Shown here: one piece after another, positions 34,798 through 48,090 of the stretch
Layout: every line of letters starts with the position of its first letter
Numbering within the stretch: position 1 is the stretch's first letter
Origin: the human T2T-CHM13v2.0 reference genome, Homo sapiens
Reading direction: 5' to 3' (one strand)
Length of the DNA stretch: 64,000 nucleotides
Assembly (NCBI RefSeq): GCF_009914755.1
Contig: NC_060947.1
The notes under the pieces: model-generated
Told to the model about the DNA's origin: nothing
The model's input: the letters and a program-made list of their open reading frames with translations, nothing else
Databases searched by the model: none
Made by a program: the position numbers and the translations under genes

Positions 34798-35147
34798 ATA
34801 TTGCACATGTAAATAATTTTAAATTTTTAATCCTGTTCATATACAAGTATGTAATATTATCAGTTGCTTTTTTATAACAAGAATTTCATCATCTGATTTG
34901 ATGCTATCATTGCAAACATGGGAAACATTGTGATTTTTAAAAAACTCTCCAACCAGGATATATAAACACATATGAATTTATTCATTCAAAATAGGTAAGA
35001 AAGATTTCTAAATTCATTGCTTAAACTTTTACTTTTAAAACTGGCAAAAAAAATCTCCTGGGGCCATACAAACAATTGCTTATTGAAAGTAAGGCTAAGT
35101 TTCAAAACTGTTTATAGTTCAAGACAACATATATGGAAATATTTATG

Positions 35148-35442
<295 letters not shown>

Positions 35443-37299
35443 TAATACAAATATGTTTTGAGTTTTTGTTAGTCCTTCATGTATCAATTCTATGCAAACA
35501 ACACCCTAGCCAACATCAGTCTCAAATGGGGTAGAGAAAGGAGGAGTACTGTAGAAATATAGACTATAGTCTAACAGGACTAACAGCCCACAGTCTTCTG
35601 TCATTGGGATAAACTTACTAGAACAATATTTCCTCACCTTCATAATACCTAGCTGTCCTTTCTCCTTGTTGAGTTGCTAGCTACTTTCCAGGTCAAACAG
35701 AAAAAAGCACGCTTGTGCTGTGGCAATGCTGTTGTTTTTTTTTTCCTGGTGCTGTGAATTATAACAAACATTGGATAGTGTAAAATTATAAAGTCATATC
35801 AATCTGAATACCAGTATCAGTTGCCTGTGTTTTCTCAAAGGTAAATACTAGGGAATGAGCAAAGCCATATAGAACCCTTTTTATCTTGGGGATGGGAGTT
35901 GAATATTTGGAAAGGTCTGCATTTATCAGCAGCGAACCTCACTTCAGTAAGTCTAGTCTCTGAGGCAGAAATTCACAAAGTGAAGAAGTGGTAAAGTTCC
36001 TACTCATTCCCTGCTCTTTCTTGCCCTGCCCTCATGTAACTGAAGAATATTTAAAGTAATCTTTATTCATAAGGAACCACAATACCAAAAGGCCAGCCCA
36101 TTGAGAAGGAAGGCTTCAAGCAATGTAACACTGCCCCCATCGTTAACTGTGCTTCCTCTTCTTTGAGAATATTATTTTCTTTATCCTAACAAGGACAGTA
36201 CAGACTTAGGGTGAATAAGTAAGAAATAATTGACTTCATTTTCTTTAACTTCCCATCGAGGGAATTCAGACCGATTAATTGAAAGTTGCTGTAATTATTT
36301 CTAAGGCTCCTTTACATGATCTTTCCAAGATAACGAAAAATGTAAGTTAAAAAAAAGACACATCAATCTACAATATCCAGTGAGAAGTACTGGATAGCAA
36401 AAGAGATATACATTATTATAATAATATATTAATATAATCTATAAATATGAAATGGAAAAACATTAAAAATGTTAGTGAGTTTTTCTGAATTGTGGCATTA
36501 TATGTGCTTTACCTTCTTATATTTCCTTTATTTTCTAAGTTTTTAAACAACTAGTATGTTTTTATACAAATTCAGAAAAAAATATATACTTAAAGAAGTA
36601 GACAGAGTTTACTTGACCTCAAGGGAGAATCATTTTAAATACTATATACGGGAATGTTTCCATTATAGGATGCCCTGCGATTTTACACTTTCAACATACA
36701 CAAAACATATATTTTAATAGTGTTTACTGATTGGTGGTATTTAAGTTTATACAAAAATAAAGAGGTCATCACTACTGTTTTAATTCCCATCTTCATTTTC
36801 ACATTAGAAATATGCATAGGTACCTCTGACAATCAGTCAGTCCCTTATCTGCAATGATTACTTTAACGGTATCCCCCAAGGCTTATCATGTCATTTTGTT
36901 TGACCTTTGGTTAACTAACTCATGCTGATTTTTTTAGTGATCCCCTGATAGGTTTTCCTTACTTATACAGTCTAATGGAGACACTCTTGTAGGTTTTCTT
37001 TTTTATTATTTCTCAAAAATCCCATTAACACAATCTCTATTGTAATACTCATCTAATTATAACACGCTCCTTGCTGAGCTCAGAGGGCAAGCATTCTAAT
37101 AAAACTGTGGTCCTGTACTGAGAAGTGGAAAGAAATAACTGTCATTCTCACTTCAGTAGTAAATTTTAATAAATTAGTCTACAGAGTTTTAAATCCACTT
37201 GGCAAAGATAAAGTGAAATGGCAAGTCTATTACTGATTTGAGTGTGAACTAGAGATACATAAATATTCTGCTTCTATGTGAACTGGATTATATGGTTTA

Positions 37300-39662
37300 T
37301 TAAAAACCACTTTACTGAGATGTAATTGAAATATAAAATCTCTACATATTTAATATATACATCTCAATGAGTTGGGGGATAAGTATACACACATGAAATC
37401 ATCACCACCGTCAAGACAATAAACATATGTATCACTTCCTAAAGATTCCTCCTGCCTCTATTATTATTATTATTTCATTATGGTAAGAACAGTTAACATA
37501 AGATCTACTGCCTTGGCATTTTAAGTATACAATACAGCATTGTTAGCTATAGGCACTATGTTGTATAGTAGATCTCCAGAATATATTTTTCTTACATAAT
37601 GGAAATTTTGTATCCTTTAGCCATTACTTCCCCATTTCCCCATTCACTAGGCTCCAACAACTGCCAATCTCCTCTCCATTTCTATGAGTCTGACTATTTT
37701 ATATTTTACATATGAGTGAGATCAATTGGTATTGTCTTTCTGTGTCTGGCTTATTTGACTTAGCACAATACCCTCTAGGTCCATCTATATTGTCAAAAAC
37801 AGTGGGATTTCCTTCTTTTTATTTTAGTTTATTTTTTAACATATATTTTAGGTTCAGGGGTACATGTACAGGTTTGTTACTAGGTATCGTGTGTCACGGG
37901 GGTTTGGTGTACAGTTTTGTCACTCAGGTAATACCCATTTATAAGTGAGAACATGTGGTATTTGGTTTTCTGTTTCTGTGTTAGTTTGCTCAGGATAATG
38001 GCCTCCAGCTTAATCCATGTTGCTGCAAAGGACATGATCTCACTCTCATTTTTATGGCTGCAGAGTACTCCATTGTGTATATGTACCACAGTTTTTAATC
38101 TAGTTTACCTTTGGTAGGCACCTGGGTTGATTCCACGTCTTTGCTATTGTGAATAGTGCTGCAAGGAATGTATCCATGCATATGTCTTTATGGTACAGTG
38201 ATTTATATTCCTTTAGGTATATATCCAATAATGGGATTGCTGGATGGAATGGTAATTCTGTTTGAAGTACTTTGATAAATTGCCAAACTGCTTTCCACAA
38301 TGGCTGAACTAATTTATATTCCCACCAGCAGTGTATAAGTGTTCCCCTTTCTGTACAACCTTGCCAGCATCTGCTATTTTTTGACTTTTTAGTAATACCC
38401 ATTCTGACTGGCATGAGATGGTACCTCATTGTGGGATTTCCTTCTTTTTTAAGGCTGAATGATATACCATTTTATGTATATACCACATTTTCTTTATCCA
38501 TTCATCTACCCATGGACATTTAGCTGTTTCTACATCTTGCCTGTAATGAATAATAATGCTGCAATGAACATGGGAGTGGAGATGTATTTCAAGATCCTGG
38601 TTTCAATTATTTTGCATATACATCTAGAAGAAAAATTGTTGGATTATATAGTAGTTCTGTTTTTAATTTTATGGAGAACCTCTACACTGTTTTTCATAAT
38701 GGCTTTACCAATTTGCATCCCCACCAATAGTGTACCGAAGTTCCCTGTACCAAAGTTCCCTGTTCTCCATATACTCACCAACCCTAGTTATCTTTCATTG
38801 TTTTGATAGTAGCCATTCTAACAGGTGTGAGGTGATATCTCATTGTAGTTTTGATTTGCATTTTCTTGATTAGTGACGCTGAGCACCTTTTCATATACTT
38901 GTTGGTCATTTGTATGCCTTCTTTGGAGAAATGTCTACTCAGGTCCTTAGGTCATTTTTTAATTGGATCACTTGTTTTTTTACTGTTTAGTTGTATGAGT
39001 TCCTTGTATATTTTAAAGGCTAATCTCTTTTTAGATATATGATTTGAAAATATAGTCTCCCATTCCATAGGTTGCCTTTTTATTTTGTTGTTTCCTTTGC
39101 TGTGCAGAATCTGTTTAGTTTGATGTAATCTCACTTGTTTATTCTTGCTTTTGTTGCCTGTGTTTTGGGGGTCATATGCAAAGTGTCATTGCCAAGACTA
39201 GGAGTTGCCAATGTGAAGGAGTTTTTTCCCTGTGTTTTTTTCCAGGACTTTTATGGTTATAGGTCTTATGTTTAAATCTTTATAATCCATTTTGAGTCGA
39301 TTTGGGGGTTATAGTATAAGGCAAGTGTCCAATTTCATTCTTTTGCATGTGTATATCCAGTTTTGCCAATACCATTTATTGAAGAGACTATCCTTTCCCA
39401 TTGTGTATTCTTGGTGCCTTTTGTCAAAAATTAATTGATTGTGTAAGTATGGGTTTATTTCTGGGCTCTCTAATCTGTTACATTGTGTCTGTTTTTATGT
39501 CAGTATCATGCTGTTTTCATTATCATAGCTTTGTAATTAATATAATTTGAAATCAGAAAGTGTGGTGCATCCAGTTATGTTATTCTTGCTCAATATTGCT
39601 TTGGCTGTTGGAGGTCTTCTGCAGTGCCATATGAATTTTAGTATTGTATTTTCTGTTTCTTT
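37300..39662 (-). mobile_element. L1MA (MA9/10-like) 3' region hosting a nested younger L1
   Basis: Reverse L1MA 3'UTR and ORF2-end sequence resume after 38450. Confidence 0.82.
37821..38430 (-). mobile_element. Nested 5'-truncated L1 (L1PA15/16 or L1PB-like)
   Basis: ORF2 C-terminus ([10 protein letters not shown]...[14 protein letters not shown]); TSD gtgggatttccttcttttt at 37802-37820 and 38431-38449. Confidence 0.88.
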
Positions 39663-39807
39663 TCACACACCTTGACCAAACTGGCAAAATGCTATTTTCA
39701 GAAGAAATTTTGGAATTCTCTGACTCTGTGATTCTACTTATTTGATTCTCTTTTCTAAGGGCATTTTTCTTTTATCATTCTCCAAATTATCTAGTTTCAT
39801 TGTTATA

Positions 39808-40450
39808 TTTGTTTGTTTGTTTGTTTGTTTGAGACAGAGTCTCGCTCTGTCACCCAGGCTGGAGTACAGTGGCGTGATCTTGGCTCACTGCAACCTCCGC
39901 ATCCTGGATTCAAGTGATTCTCATGCCTTGTCTCCTGAGTAGCTGGAACTACAGGTGCATGCCACCACAACTGGCTAATGTTTGTATTTTTAGTAGAGAT
40001 GGGGGTTTCACCATATTGGCCAAGCTAAGCCATTTATATTTATTTAGTACAGATTTAATGACAAGGGCTTGGAGCAAACACAACTTGTGGGTAATTAACA
40101 TTGTTGACCCCCCAAGTAGAGAGCAGTCCTGCATGGGAATGATCAAAGTTTGGTTTCTGGAGACATAAGTAAACCAGTTTATCTAGATAAGTTCCTTTCA
40201 TTACCTTGTTATCTACCCTTTGTCCTCAGTCTCCAGATAAGATAATCAGCTGCCTTCAGCTTCATTCTCTCCCGAAGCTTTTGCAAACCCTCTCAGCCTT
40301 CCAAGAAGGTTTGCGTCTTTCCCTATAATTTTTCCCACCACCCTGACCGATCTCCTACAAGGCTGGTCTCAAACTCCTGACCTCAGGTGATCTGCCCACC
40401 TCAGCCTCCCAAGGTGCTGGAATTAAAGGTGTGAGCCACCATTCCCAGCC
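39808..40450 (-). mobile_element. AluS split by an LTR22 fragment
   Basis: Alu sequence stops at 'ttggccaagct' (40026) and resumes 'aggctggtctc' (40360). Confidence 0.9.
40027..40359 (-). mobile_element. Partial LTR22 (HERV-K HML-5), 5'/U3 part only
   Basis: Minus strand starts TGTAGGAGATCGGTCAGGGTGGTGGGAAAAATTATAGGGAAAGACGCAAACC, recalled as the LTR22 5' end. Confidence 0.72.
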
Positions 40451-40611
40451 ATAGTTTTTAAAGTCTAGACAAATATTGCTATACTTTCTGATTTTATATC
40501 ATGAAAAACGGTCTTTATCTTTCTCTCCTCTGGAAATAATAAAATTTCATCTGCACTTCCTTGAGCATATAGATGATTTTCCATTTTGCATGCATTTATT
40601 TCTGTGCACAT

Positions 40612-41000
40612 CTGTGATAGAATCTAAAGAGATGTTCATCTGACTAAACTGTGAGACTACATTTCTCAGATTCCTTTGAAGTTAGGTTTGTGACAAATGA
40701 CTGGGTTCTAGTTGGTAAAATGAGGACAGGCTTGGTTCATAAGGTAATTTTCATTGATCTTTCTCTTTTTTCATTCATTGTACTACTGACTACAGAAAAT
40801 TCAATGAAGAATCTAAGGAGTCCTTGTAAGATAGTGAAGCCATAAGATGCAAGGACTGAGATGCCTGCATTACTATACAGAAGGCTTCTTGCAAGCAACC
40901 TATTTCAAATGTGAAGTAAATTAGAAAATTTGACTATATTATTATAGATTTTTAGATTATTGTTATATCAGCTAGCACTAATGACTTTGATTAATGTAAC
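40612..41000 (+). mobile_element. Old MLT1 LTR
   Basis: 'agactacatttctcagattcctttgaagttagg...tgactgggttct'. Confidence 0.55.
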
Positions 41001-41196
41001 ATATACATTTTATATATATATAGGATGACTTTAACTCTGGTTATTATATTGAAGACTCTTATAGCAATGTCTCTATCTTTGACCTTTTCCCTGAGTATTA
41101 GATTTGCATTTCTTACTCTCTATTGTACATCCCTCCATGGGTATTACAAGGCCTCTCAAACCTAGCATTTACCAAATAGAAACTGAGGTTATCAAC

Positions 41197-41657
41197 TTTA
41201 CTAGTTTCCTATGGCTACTATAACAAACTCCCACAAACTGGGTGGCTTACAACAACAGAAATTTATTGTCTCACAGTTCTGGAGGCTAGAAATCTAAAAT
41301 AAAGGTGTTGGCAAGCCCATTCTCCCTCTGAAATCTGTAGGGGAGTATAATTCTTTTCTTATTCCTAGGTTTGGGTGGTAATTATCAATCCTTGGCATTC
41401 ATTGGCTTGCAGCTGCATCACTCTAATCTCTGCATTTGCTGTCACATGACAATGTGCCTATGTGTCTCTGTCTTCACATGTTGTTTTTTTCTTCTTATAA
41501 GGACAACAGTCATAGTAGATTAAGGTTCAGTCTAATGAACTCATTTAAATTTGATTACATCTGCAAAGTCCCTATTTCCAATAAGGTCATATTCACAGGT
41601 ACTGAGGGTTAGGACCTAAACACAGCTTTTCGAAGATCACAATTCAACTTGTAACAT
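41197..41657 (-). mobile_element. MLT1C-like solo LTR within an L2 remnant
   Basis: 'tagtttcctatggctactataacaaac...cacaaactgggtggctt...acaacagaaatttattgtctcacagttctggaggctag'. Confidence 0.85.
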
Positions 41658-42171
41658 CAACACACAATCCAGCTTAATAGAATCACTATCATCTTGTCAC
41701 TCAGTACTGGAGCTTGAAAGTCATTCTATAGTTAGAGTTTCTTCTTGTATTTTGGTTCATCAAGTCAACATAATGCAAGATTTTTCTCTTCAACTTCCTT
41801 TCCTATATATTCAATGATGGGTACAGATTAAATCATAGTATTTCTTTTCTGGAGACAAATTCTAGTCTCTTTCTCTTTGCATTTTTTAGACATCATTTTA
41901 AAACCAAATTAGTCATATAACAATTATGTTCAAAAAATTTTGTTGGCTCCAATTACAACTCTTCCTCCTACCAATAGCCCCTGACACTTGCACAGTGTCC
42001 TTTCACCCTGTTGTACTTTAGGAGTTTTTGTTTGTTTGTTTGTTTTGTTTTTCCTCATTTGGAGTGCTTGTGGTGGAGATGACTTATGGGTATCTCAAGT
42101 GAAAAGTATATAGTAAATAGGTAGTTAAAGGGCTGAAATACTAGGTTACCCAAGGGGGTTATAGATTCAAA

Positions 42172-42350
42172 GTAATAATAGCGCTCATACAGATCTTCAT
42201 TATATGCAATGTACTCTGGTATGCATCATCTCTTTTGAGATTCCCAGCCATCCTATGAGATAGGTTAATAGTATCTCAAATTTTTGATTAAGAAACTGAT
42301 ATTGAGAGGTCTGACTAGTTCAAGGAAGCTCAGTTAGTTATTAGCATAGA
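42172..42350 (-). mobile_element. MIR
   Basis: 'catcctatgagataggtta...gaaactgatattgagagg'. Confidence 0.55.
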
Positions 42351-44299
42351 TAGATTTTATATCCAAATTATTTTGCTATACATTCCACCCCTTTTGACTG
42401 CAGCAAGCTTGCTTAAGAGGATAAAGAAAATTAATTTGACAATCACTTGAGTTTAAGTGCTATCTTAGGAAAATAAGGCATTGAACAAGATTGGCCAAGA
42501 GGAGTTTGACTTTATGAAGATAATTAGTAGGGAGTAATGTTAGGCAAAGCAAGGGACAGAAATGATTCAAGTGGAGAAATGTGATAAACAATAGTATATC
42601 ACAGAGGTACCATATAAGAATTTTTCTTCATTAGGTGTTGTCCCAATAAGAGCTGGGCAAAAACATAATTAACAAATGAAACAGTAAAATTTGAAATAAG
42701 TTGACCATTATGAATTAACATCAGTGTCTAAATTATGGCTTGGAAAAAACTACACGAGTGAAACAAAAACAATGTCTAGAGATGCATAAATACAATGGGT
42801 GATTATAAGTATGATTACAGTGTGCAGAAAAGAATTATTAATGTCATAGTGTCGATACGAAAATAAATGACATCTTAATGAACAACTAGATCAAACTACA
42901 GTTAAGATTTCATTAGTTTGAATCCTGGATCTAACACTGAGTGATATTGGCTAAATTAGTTTGCCTTTCTTATTTTTTGTCTGTCTGTTTGTTTTGTTTA
43001 ATTTTTATAAGCAACCTCTAAATTACAAAAGTTTTGGATTTATACAATGATGTTTAGATTTTATAGCTATATACATACAATTAAAGCAAACATGTATTAT
43101 TTAAAATCTTTATAGGGAAAAGATTTTCATTTGAGTCAAAACTCTTGTTAGCACTCTGCTTTCATTAAATAAGTTGTATAATGTAATGCTCAATGATATG
43201 AAATTCCTTATGAACATATATAATAAATGAGATGGTAGGGCAGAAGTTGGGAATGAAATTAGATTGAAAGTTATTAGATTTCTGTCTGGATAGATTTTGC
43301 AGCATAAAGTGCTGGGGTTTCTCCCTAATTGCAGTAGATTGAGGAATAAATTGCAAGAATCAATAACTATTTTTAAGAACCTACTATTTAATAGAAAACA
43401 ATATATGGTGGCACAGGCTCAAAAATAAATTTCTAGGCCTGGGGATATTTGAGCATATTGTGGTTATGGGAGAGTGTTTGTTTTGTAAGAACAATTAAAG
43501 GCACTAGAGAAGGAGAATTACTGATGGACCAAGGCTTATACGAAGCCATAAGAAATATGGCCAGATATTTGTTGGACCGAACTGACACTAAGAATGGAAG
43601 TTCCCTTTTAGAAGACTGGGAATGATCTCATATCTGCATTTGTCACTGCTCTCAAGTATCGTTCTATTCCTTAAGTCTTGGGTATTCCTTACTTTTTCTT
43701 GAAATATTTCTCTTTATAAAAGTTATACCACTGGTCTAACATCTATGAAACAGAATCACTTTCAGCAACTCGTATGACGAGCCTCCAAAATGCTCTACTG
43801 TGACAACCTAATTTCAGCAATACAAAAATGCTATGATAGAGCTGCTATGATACAGCTGTCAGCCTCTTAAATTATTGAATCATGCTGAGCTCTTGATCCA
43901 AAGCAAAAATGGAGACCTTGATATAAGAGAGTGGTTAAGAGTGTAAGCTCTGGAGTCAAATACACATGGGTATGGTTTCTACCGCTGCTACTTAATGGAT
44001 GTAGTTCTTGAAAGTATTATTTAAACTAAACATCAGTATTATAATGTATATACTTGAAGCTGATTTTATATCAATGTTACCAGAAAAGGTCCCAATCCAG
44101 ACCCCAAAAGAGGGTTCTTGGACCTCACTCAATAAAGAATTCAAGGCAAATACATAAAGTAAAAGAAACTTTATTAAGAAAGTAAAGGAATAAAGAACGG
44201 CTACCCCACAGGCAGAACAGCCCTGAGTGATGCTGGTTGGCTATTTTTATGGTTATTTCTTGATTATATGCTAAACAAGGGGTGGATTATTCATGTGTT

Positions 44300-44329
44300 T
44301 TCCATGAAAGGGGTGGGCGATTCCCAGAA
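44300..44329. promoter_or_regulatory. Tandem GAS/STAT motifs TTCCATGAA and TTCCCAGAA
   Basis: TTCNNNGAA at 44300-44308 and 44321-44329, at the known MER41B position. Confidence 0.6.
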
Positions 44330-45078
44330 CTGAGGGTTCCTCCCCCTTTTTGACCATATAGGGTAACTTCCTGACATTGCCATGGCATTTGTAAACCATT
44401 ATGGCACTGGTGGGAGTGTCTTTCAGCATGCTAATGCGTTATAATTGGCATACAATGAGCAATGAGGATGATCAAAGGTTACTTTCATTGCCTTCTTGGT
44501 TTTGGCGGGTTTTGGCCATCTTCTTTACCACAACCTGTTTTTTCAGCAAGGTCTTTGTGATCTGTATCTTGTGCCAACCTTCCATCTCATCTTGTGACTT
44601 AGAATGCCTAACCTCCAGGGAATGTAGCCCAGTAGGTCTCAGCCTTATTTTACCCAGCCCCTATTCAAGATGGAGTTGCTCTGGTTTGAACACATCTGAC
44701 ATATTCACCCCTCCCTTTTACAAGGGAACCCTTAATCCTAAGGGTTGTAGAGGGACAAAGGTCCATCTTCTGTAACTTCTTCAGGCTGAATAGGGGTGAT
44801 GATATTCCTGCCTAACTATTAGGGTCTCTTGTATTTGTGGTAGAGAGGAGCTCACTCAGAAGGCATCAGTAGGCTATGGGTCATTCACAACTCTGAGTTC
44901 CGACAAAAGGACCTTGTGGTTACAAGATCAAGCTTCCAAGGACATAGAATACAACAAGAGGGAAACTTCTTCCAGTTGTTTTTTTGTGGGGCTGGGGACC
45001 TGCAACAAAGTTTGTGACTGACCAGTTTTCTGGGCCAGCAAAACAGTGGGTTTATGGGGTCCTAAGCCCATGTTCTAT

Positions 45079-45505
45079 TGTTGCAGAACTTTCTCCTTAG
45101 TTCAGGTAAACCTGGGCTCTTGTCACGCGGCCAAGAAAGATTAGGCTCGCAGGAGCATAAAAAAGTGAGGAGCAGAATTTATCGGGTGAAAAGGAAAAAA
45201 AAGAAAAAACTCAGCAAAGTGAGATGGAGTACTGCTAACAGGCCCTTCACTTCACTGACTGATTTCTAGGTCACCACATGAGCTGAAGAGAGCAGGCTCC
45301 TCCCCTGTGTAAGGTGCAAATTCCCCATGGCTCCACCCATTTCCCCCAGTGCGCAAGTCAGGCTCCATTCTGCTGTGGGCATGCCCAGACAAGCCCTGGG
45401 CAGGTTTCCTCGTCTACACAAAAGCATCTGACGTAAATACTTATGGGGTGGGTCAGAGATTCTCCGGAGACCCCTTTTTATCTGCCTAGGTATTTGGCTG
45501 TCTCA
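45079..45505 (-). mobile_element. MER61-like solo LTR nested in the MER41 internal region
   Basis: TG...CA termini; perfect TSD ctat at 45075-45078 and 45506-45509; sequence resembles recalled MER61. Confidence 0.8.
45377..45396. promoter_or_regulatory. Perfect p53 response element GGGCATGCCC-AGACAAGCCC
   Basis: 20/20 match to RRRCWWGYYY x2 with zero spacer. Confidence 0.8.
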
Positions 45506-46585
45506 CTATCCTAAGGCATTCATCTTCATGACAGAGTAATACAGAAAGACAAATTTATAGCACAAAGTATACCGGATTCACTAGAGTAGCCACTCCACTT
45601 AACACCCAATATTGAACTGGTAAGGCTCAAACTTGCCCTGAGATGGGGCCCCATCATGTTTAATCCAACCTCCAACCAGGAGATTCAACATGTTGTCTGT
45701 GGGCAAGATGGTCGCCCTGAGTAACAGAAAAGATAGAAAAGAGAAAGAAGATATAAGGAGAAAAGCGTTGCCTGTGGTGGGGTGGGAAGGGTGAAGAGCT
45801 CAGAGATGCCAGAGAAAGACCCACCCATTGCACCCACACTGAATTGAAAGTTCAGGCAGCCTCTTGTCAGTTGCAAAGGGATTTTTTCCAGCAGTCCCAT
45901 CAGCTCTCAAGTGTCCCCCTTTGGGGAGAAAGAAGTTCTCATGTCCCATAATCCTGTACATGCCTAATCCTGTCACCCACAGTCATCCGCAAAGAGTATA
46001 AGACAGATTAATCCAAAGAGAATAGTGGTTAATGTCCCATAATGCCAAATCCGTTCTTAGCTGAGAGGGACTTTACTGAGAGGGGCCTCTAACTCTCTAA
46101 ATCTTAGAAGGGACTCTGACCTTCCTAAATTGGGCCTTAATCCCACGTTCGGTCAAGTTCCTTGCCTTTTATGAAGAGGGGCCTTTAACCCACTCTGTCT
46201 TAGGGGAGACTCTAACTCCCTTAAGTTGGGCCTCTAACCCAATCCCATCCTTTACCCCGGTACCCCATTACTTACCCAAAGTCAGCAAATCAGTGCTGCA
46301 GTCTATTTCCTTTGTCGGGGGTCTCCTCAGTATCATCCCTTCATGGCCAGCCAGGAAGATGTTACCAGAAAGGGGTCCTGATCCTGACCCCAAGACAGGA
46401 TTCTTGGACCTCACACAAGAAATAATTAAAGGCAAATCCATAAAGTGAAAGCAAGTTTATTAAGAAAGTAAAGGAATAAAGACTGGCTACTCCATAGGCA
46501 GAGCAGCTCTGAGGGCTGCCATTTGGCTATTTTTATGGCTATTTCTTTATTGTATGCTAAACAACAGGTAGATTATTCATGAGTT

Positions 46586-46615
46586 TTCCAGGAATGGGGT
46601 GGGCAATTCCCAGAA
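46586..46615. promoter_or_regulatory. Tandem GAS/STAT motifs TTCCAGGAA and TTCCCAGAA
   Basis: TTCNNNGAA at 46586-46594 and 46607-46615. Confidence 0.65.
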
Positions 46616-47399
46616 CTGAGGGCTCGTCCCCCTTTTAGACCATATGGGGTAACTTCCTAACATTGTTATGGCATTGTAAATTGTCATGGCACTGGTAGGA
46701 GTATATTTTAGCATGCTAATGCATTATAATTAGCATATAATGAGTAGTGAGTACGACCAGAGATCACTTTCATTGCCATCTTGGTTTTGGTGGGTTTTGG
46801 CCAGTTTCACTACACCTGCTTTATCAGCAAAGTCTTTGTAAACTGTACCTTGTGCCAACCTCCTATCTAATCCTGTGACTTAGAATGCCTAACCTCTTGG
46901 GAATGCAGCCCAGTAGGTCTCAGCCTTATTTTACCCAGCTCCTATTCAAGATGGAGTTGCTCTGGTTTAAACACATCTGACGCCCATAGGGTTGCTGTAA
47001 CAGTATAATATTGCCGTGAAAATTGGTACCCAAGAAACAATATATTGTGCCAATAATTTCTAATATTATTGTAATATTCTATCTTAGCTGATTTATATGA
47101 TTAAAGAGTAAAGGTTCACACAAGGATGATTTCATTCTTTTTAAATGTGTTTCACTTTGTTTTTATGAAAGCAAAAATATTTTAAAAGTTGCTAATTATA
47201 AAGTAAGTTCACTTTGTATATTTTGCATGAAGTTATTTTAAACCTTTCTGGGATAAAAAAAAAAGTTTGTAGATCCTATAGGAATTAGCAGTAATTAGAT
47301 TGAAAAACAATCTTAAGTCGTCTCTCTCCGCACCTAACGTAGGATTGATTCTAAGCATTTTATATTTGCCTCTTTAGAGGCCACTTTTCAGTTTACTTT

Positions 47400-47822
47400 T
47401 GCATCCTATTAAATCCAAAACTTATATATTTAAAATAGCGACCCTTTATTTGCTCAGCTGGGCAATTCCTCTGGATTTATCCGAGCTTATTTAGAAGTCT
47501 GAAATCAGCTGCCAGTCACATCTAAGCTTTGCTACTGTGGGACTGGCTGGCTCTCTACTTCAGTGAAGGGAATGACTGAATTGTCTCACCTAGGAGACTA
47601 GCCTGCATTTTATCACACAGCTGCTAAGCAAAGTCCAAGAAAACCAGCAAAAGAGTACAAGATCTCTTGATGCCTACGCTCGGAACTGGTACAATACCTT
47701 TTTTGCAGTGTTCTGTTGGTCAAAGCAATTCAAAAGGTCATTCCACATTCATGGAGTAGAAATAGGAGGAGTTACAAATTCACATTTCAAGGGGAACGAG
47801 TAGAAAGCAAGCAATCTACTCC
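47400..47822 (-). mobile_element. Old MLT1 LTR fragment
   Basis: 'tttgctcagctgggcaattc...ggagactagcctg...ctgttggtcaaagcaa'. Confidence 0.55.
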
Positions 47823-48088
47823 AACCATTTTTCTCCAGTGTTGGGAAAACAATCTCCAGCTGCTTGTATTTACATAATACTGGAACCAGAATGTTTACTT
47901 AATGGTTTTCCATTGGAAATAAAATTCCTAAATAGCCTAGTTCCCTTTAATGAGTACTTCTGTTTGAAAAGAAATGTGGAAAGGCAAAAAGGCAAAACTG
48001 TCTTAAGAAAAACAATTAAAAGAAATTTGAGCTCACACACAGACAAACCAGAACAGAAAATCACAAAGACAAAAACCACAAACACAAA

Positions 48089-48090
<2 letters not shown>

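Larger units (their letters stand above)
44075..46982 (-). mobile_element. MER41B two-LTR, internally deleted ERV1 element (3' LTR 44075-44701, 5' LTR 46360-46982)
   Basis: Two directly repeated LTRs of about 625 bp matching recalled MER41B; polypurine tract at about 44706-44719; short non-coding internal region. Confidence 0.9.
43925..47060 (+). mobile_element. MIR split by the MER41 provirus (43925-44074 and 46983-47060)
   Basis: 'gtggttaagagtgtaagctctggagtca' on the left; 'catagggttgctgt' on the right. Confidence 0.6.

Noticed and set aside
38731-38763. 15-bp tandem duplication (similar ones at 3396-3417 and about 43829-43858)
   Set aside because: Ordinary slippage duplications with no array structure
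44071-46986. TSD for the MER41B provirus
   Set aside because: The flanks tcaa and ccca do not match convincingly, so no TSD is claimed
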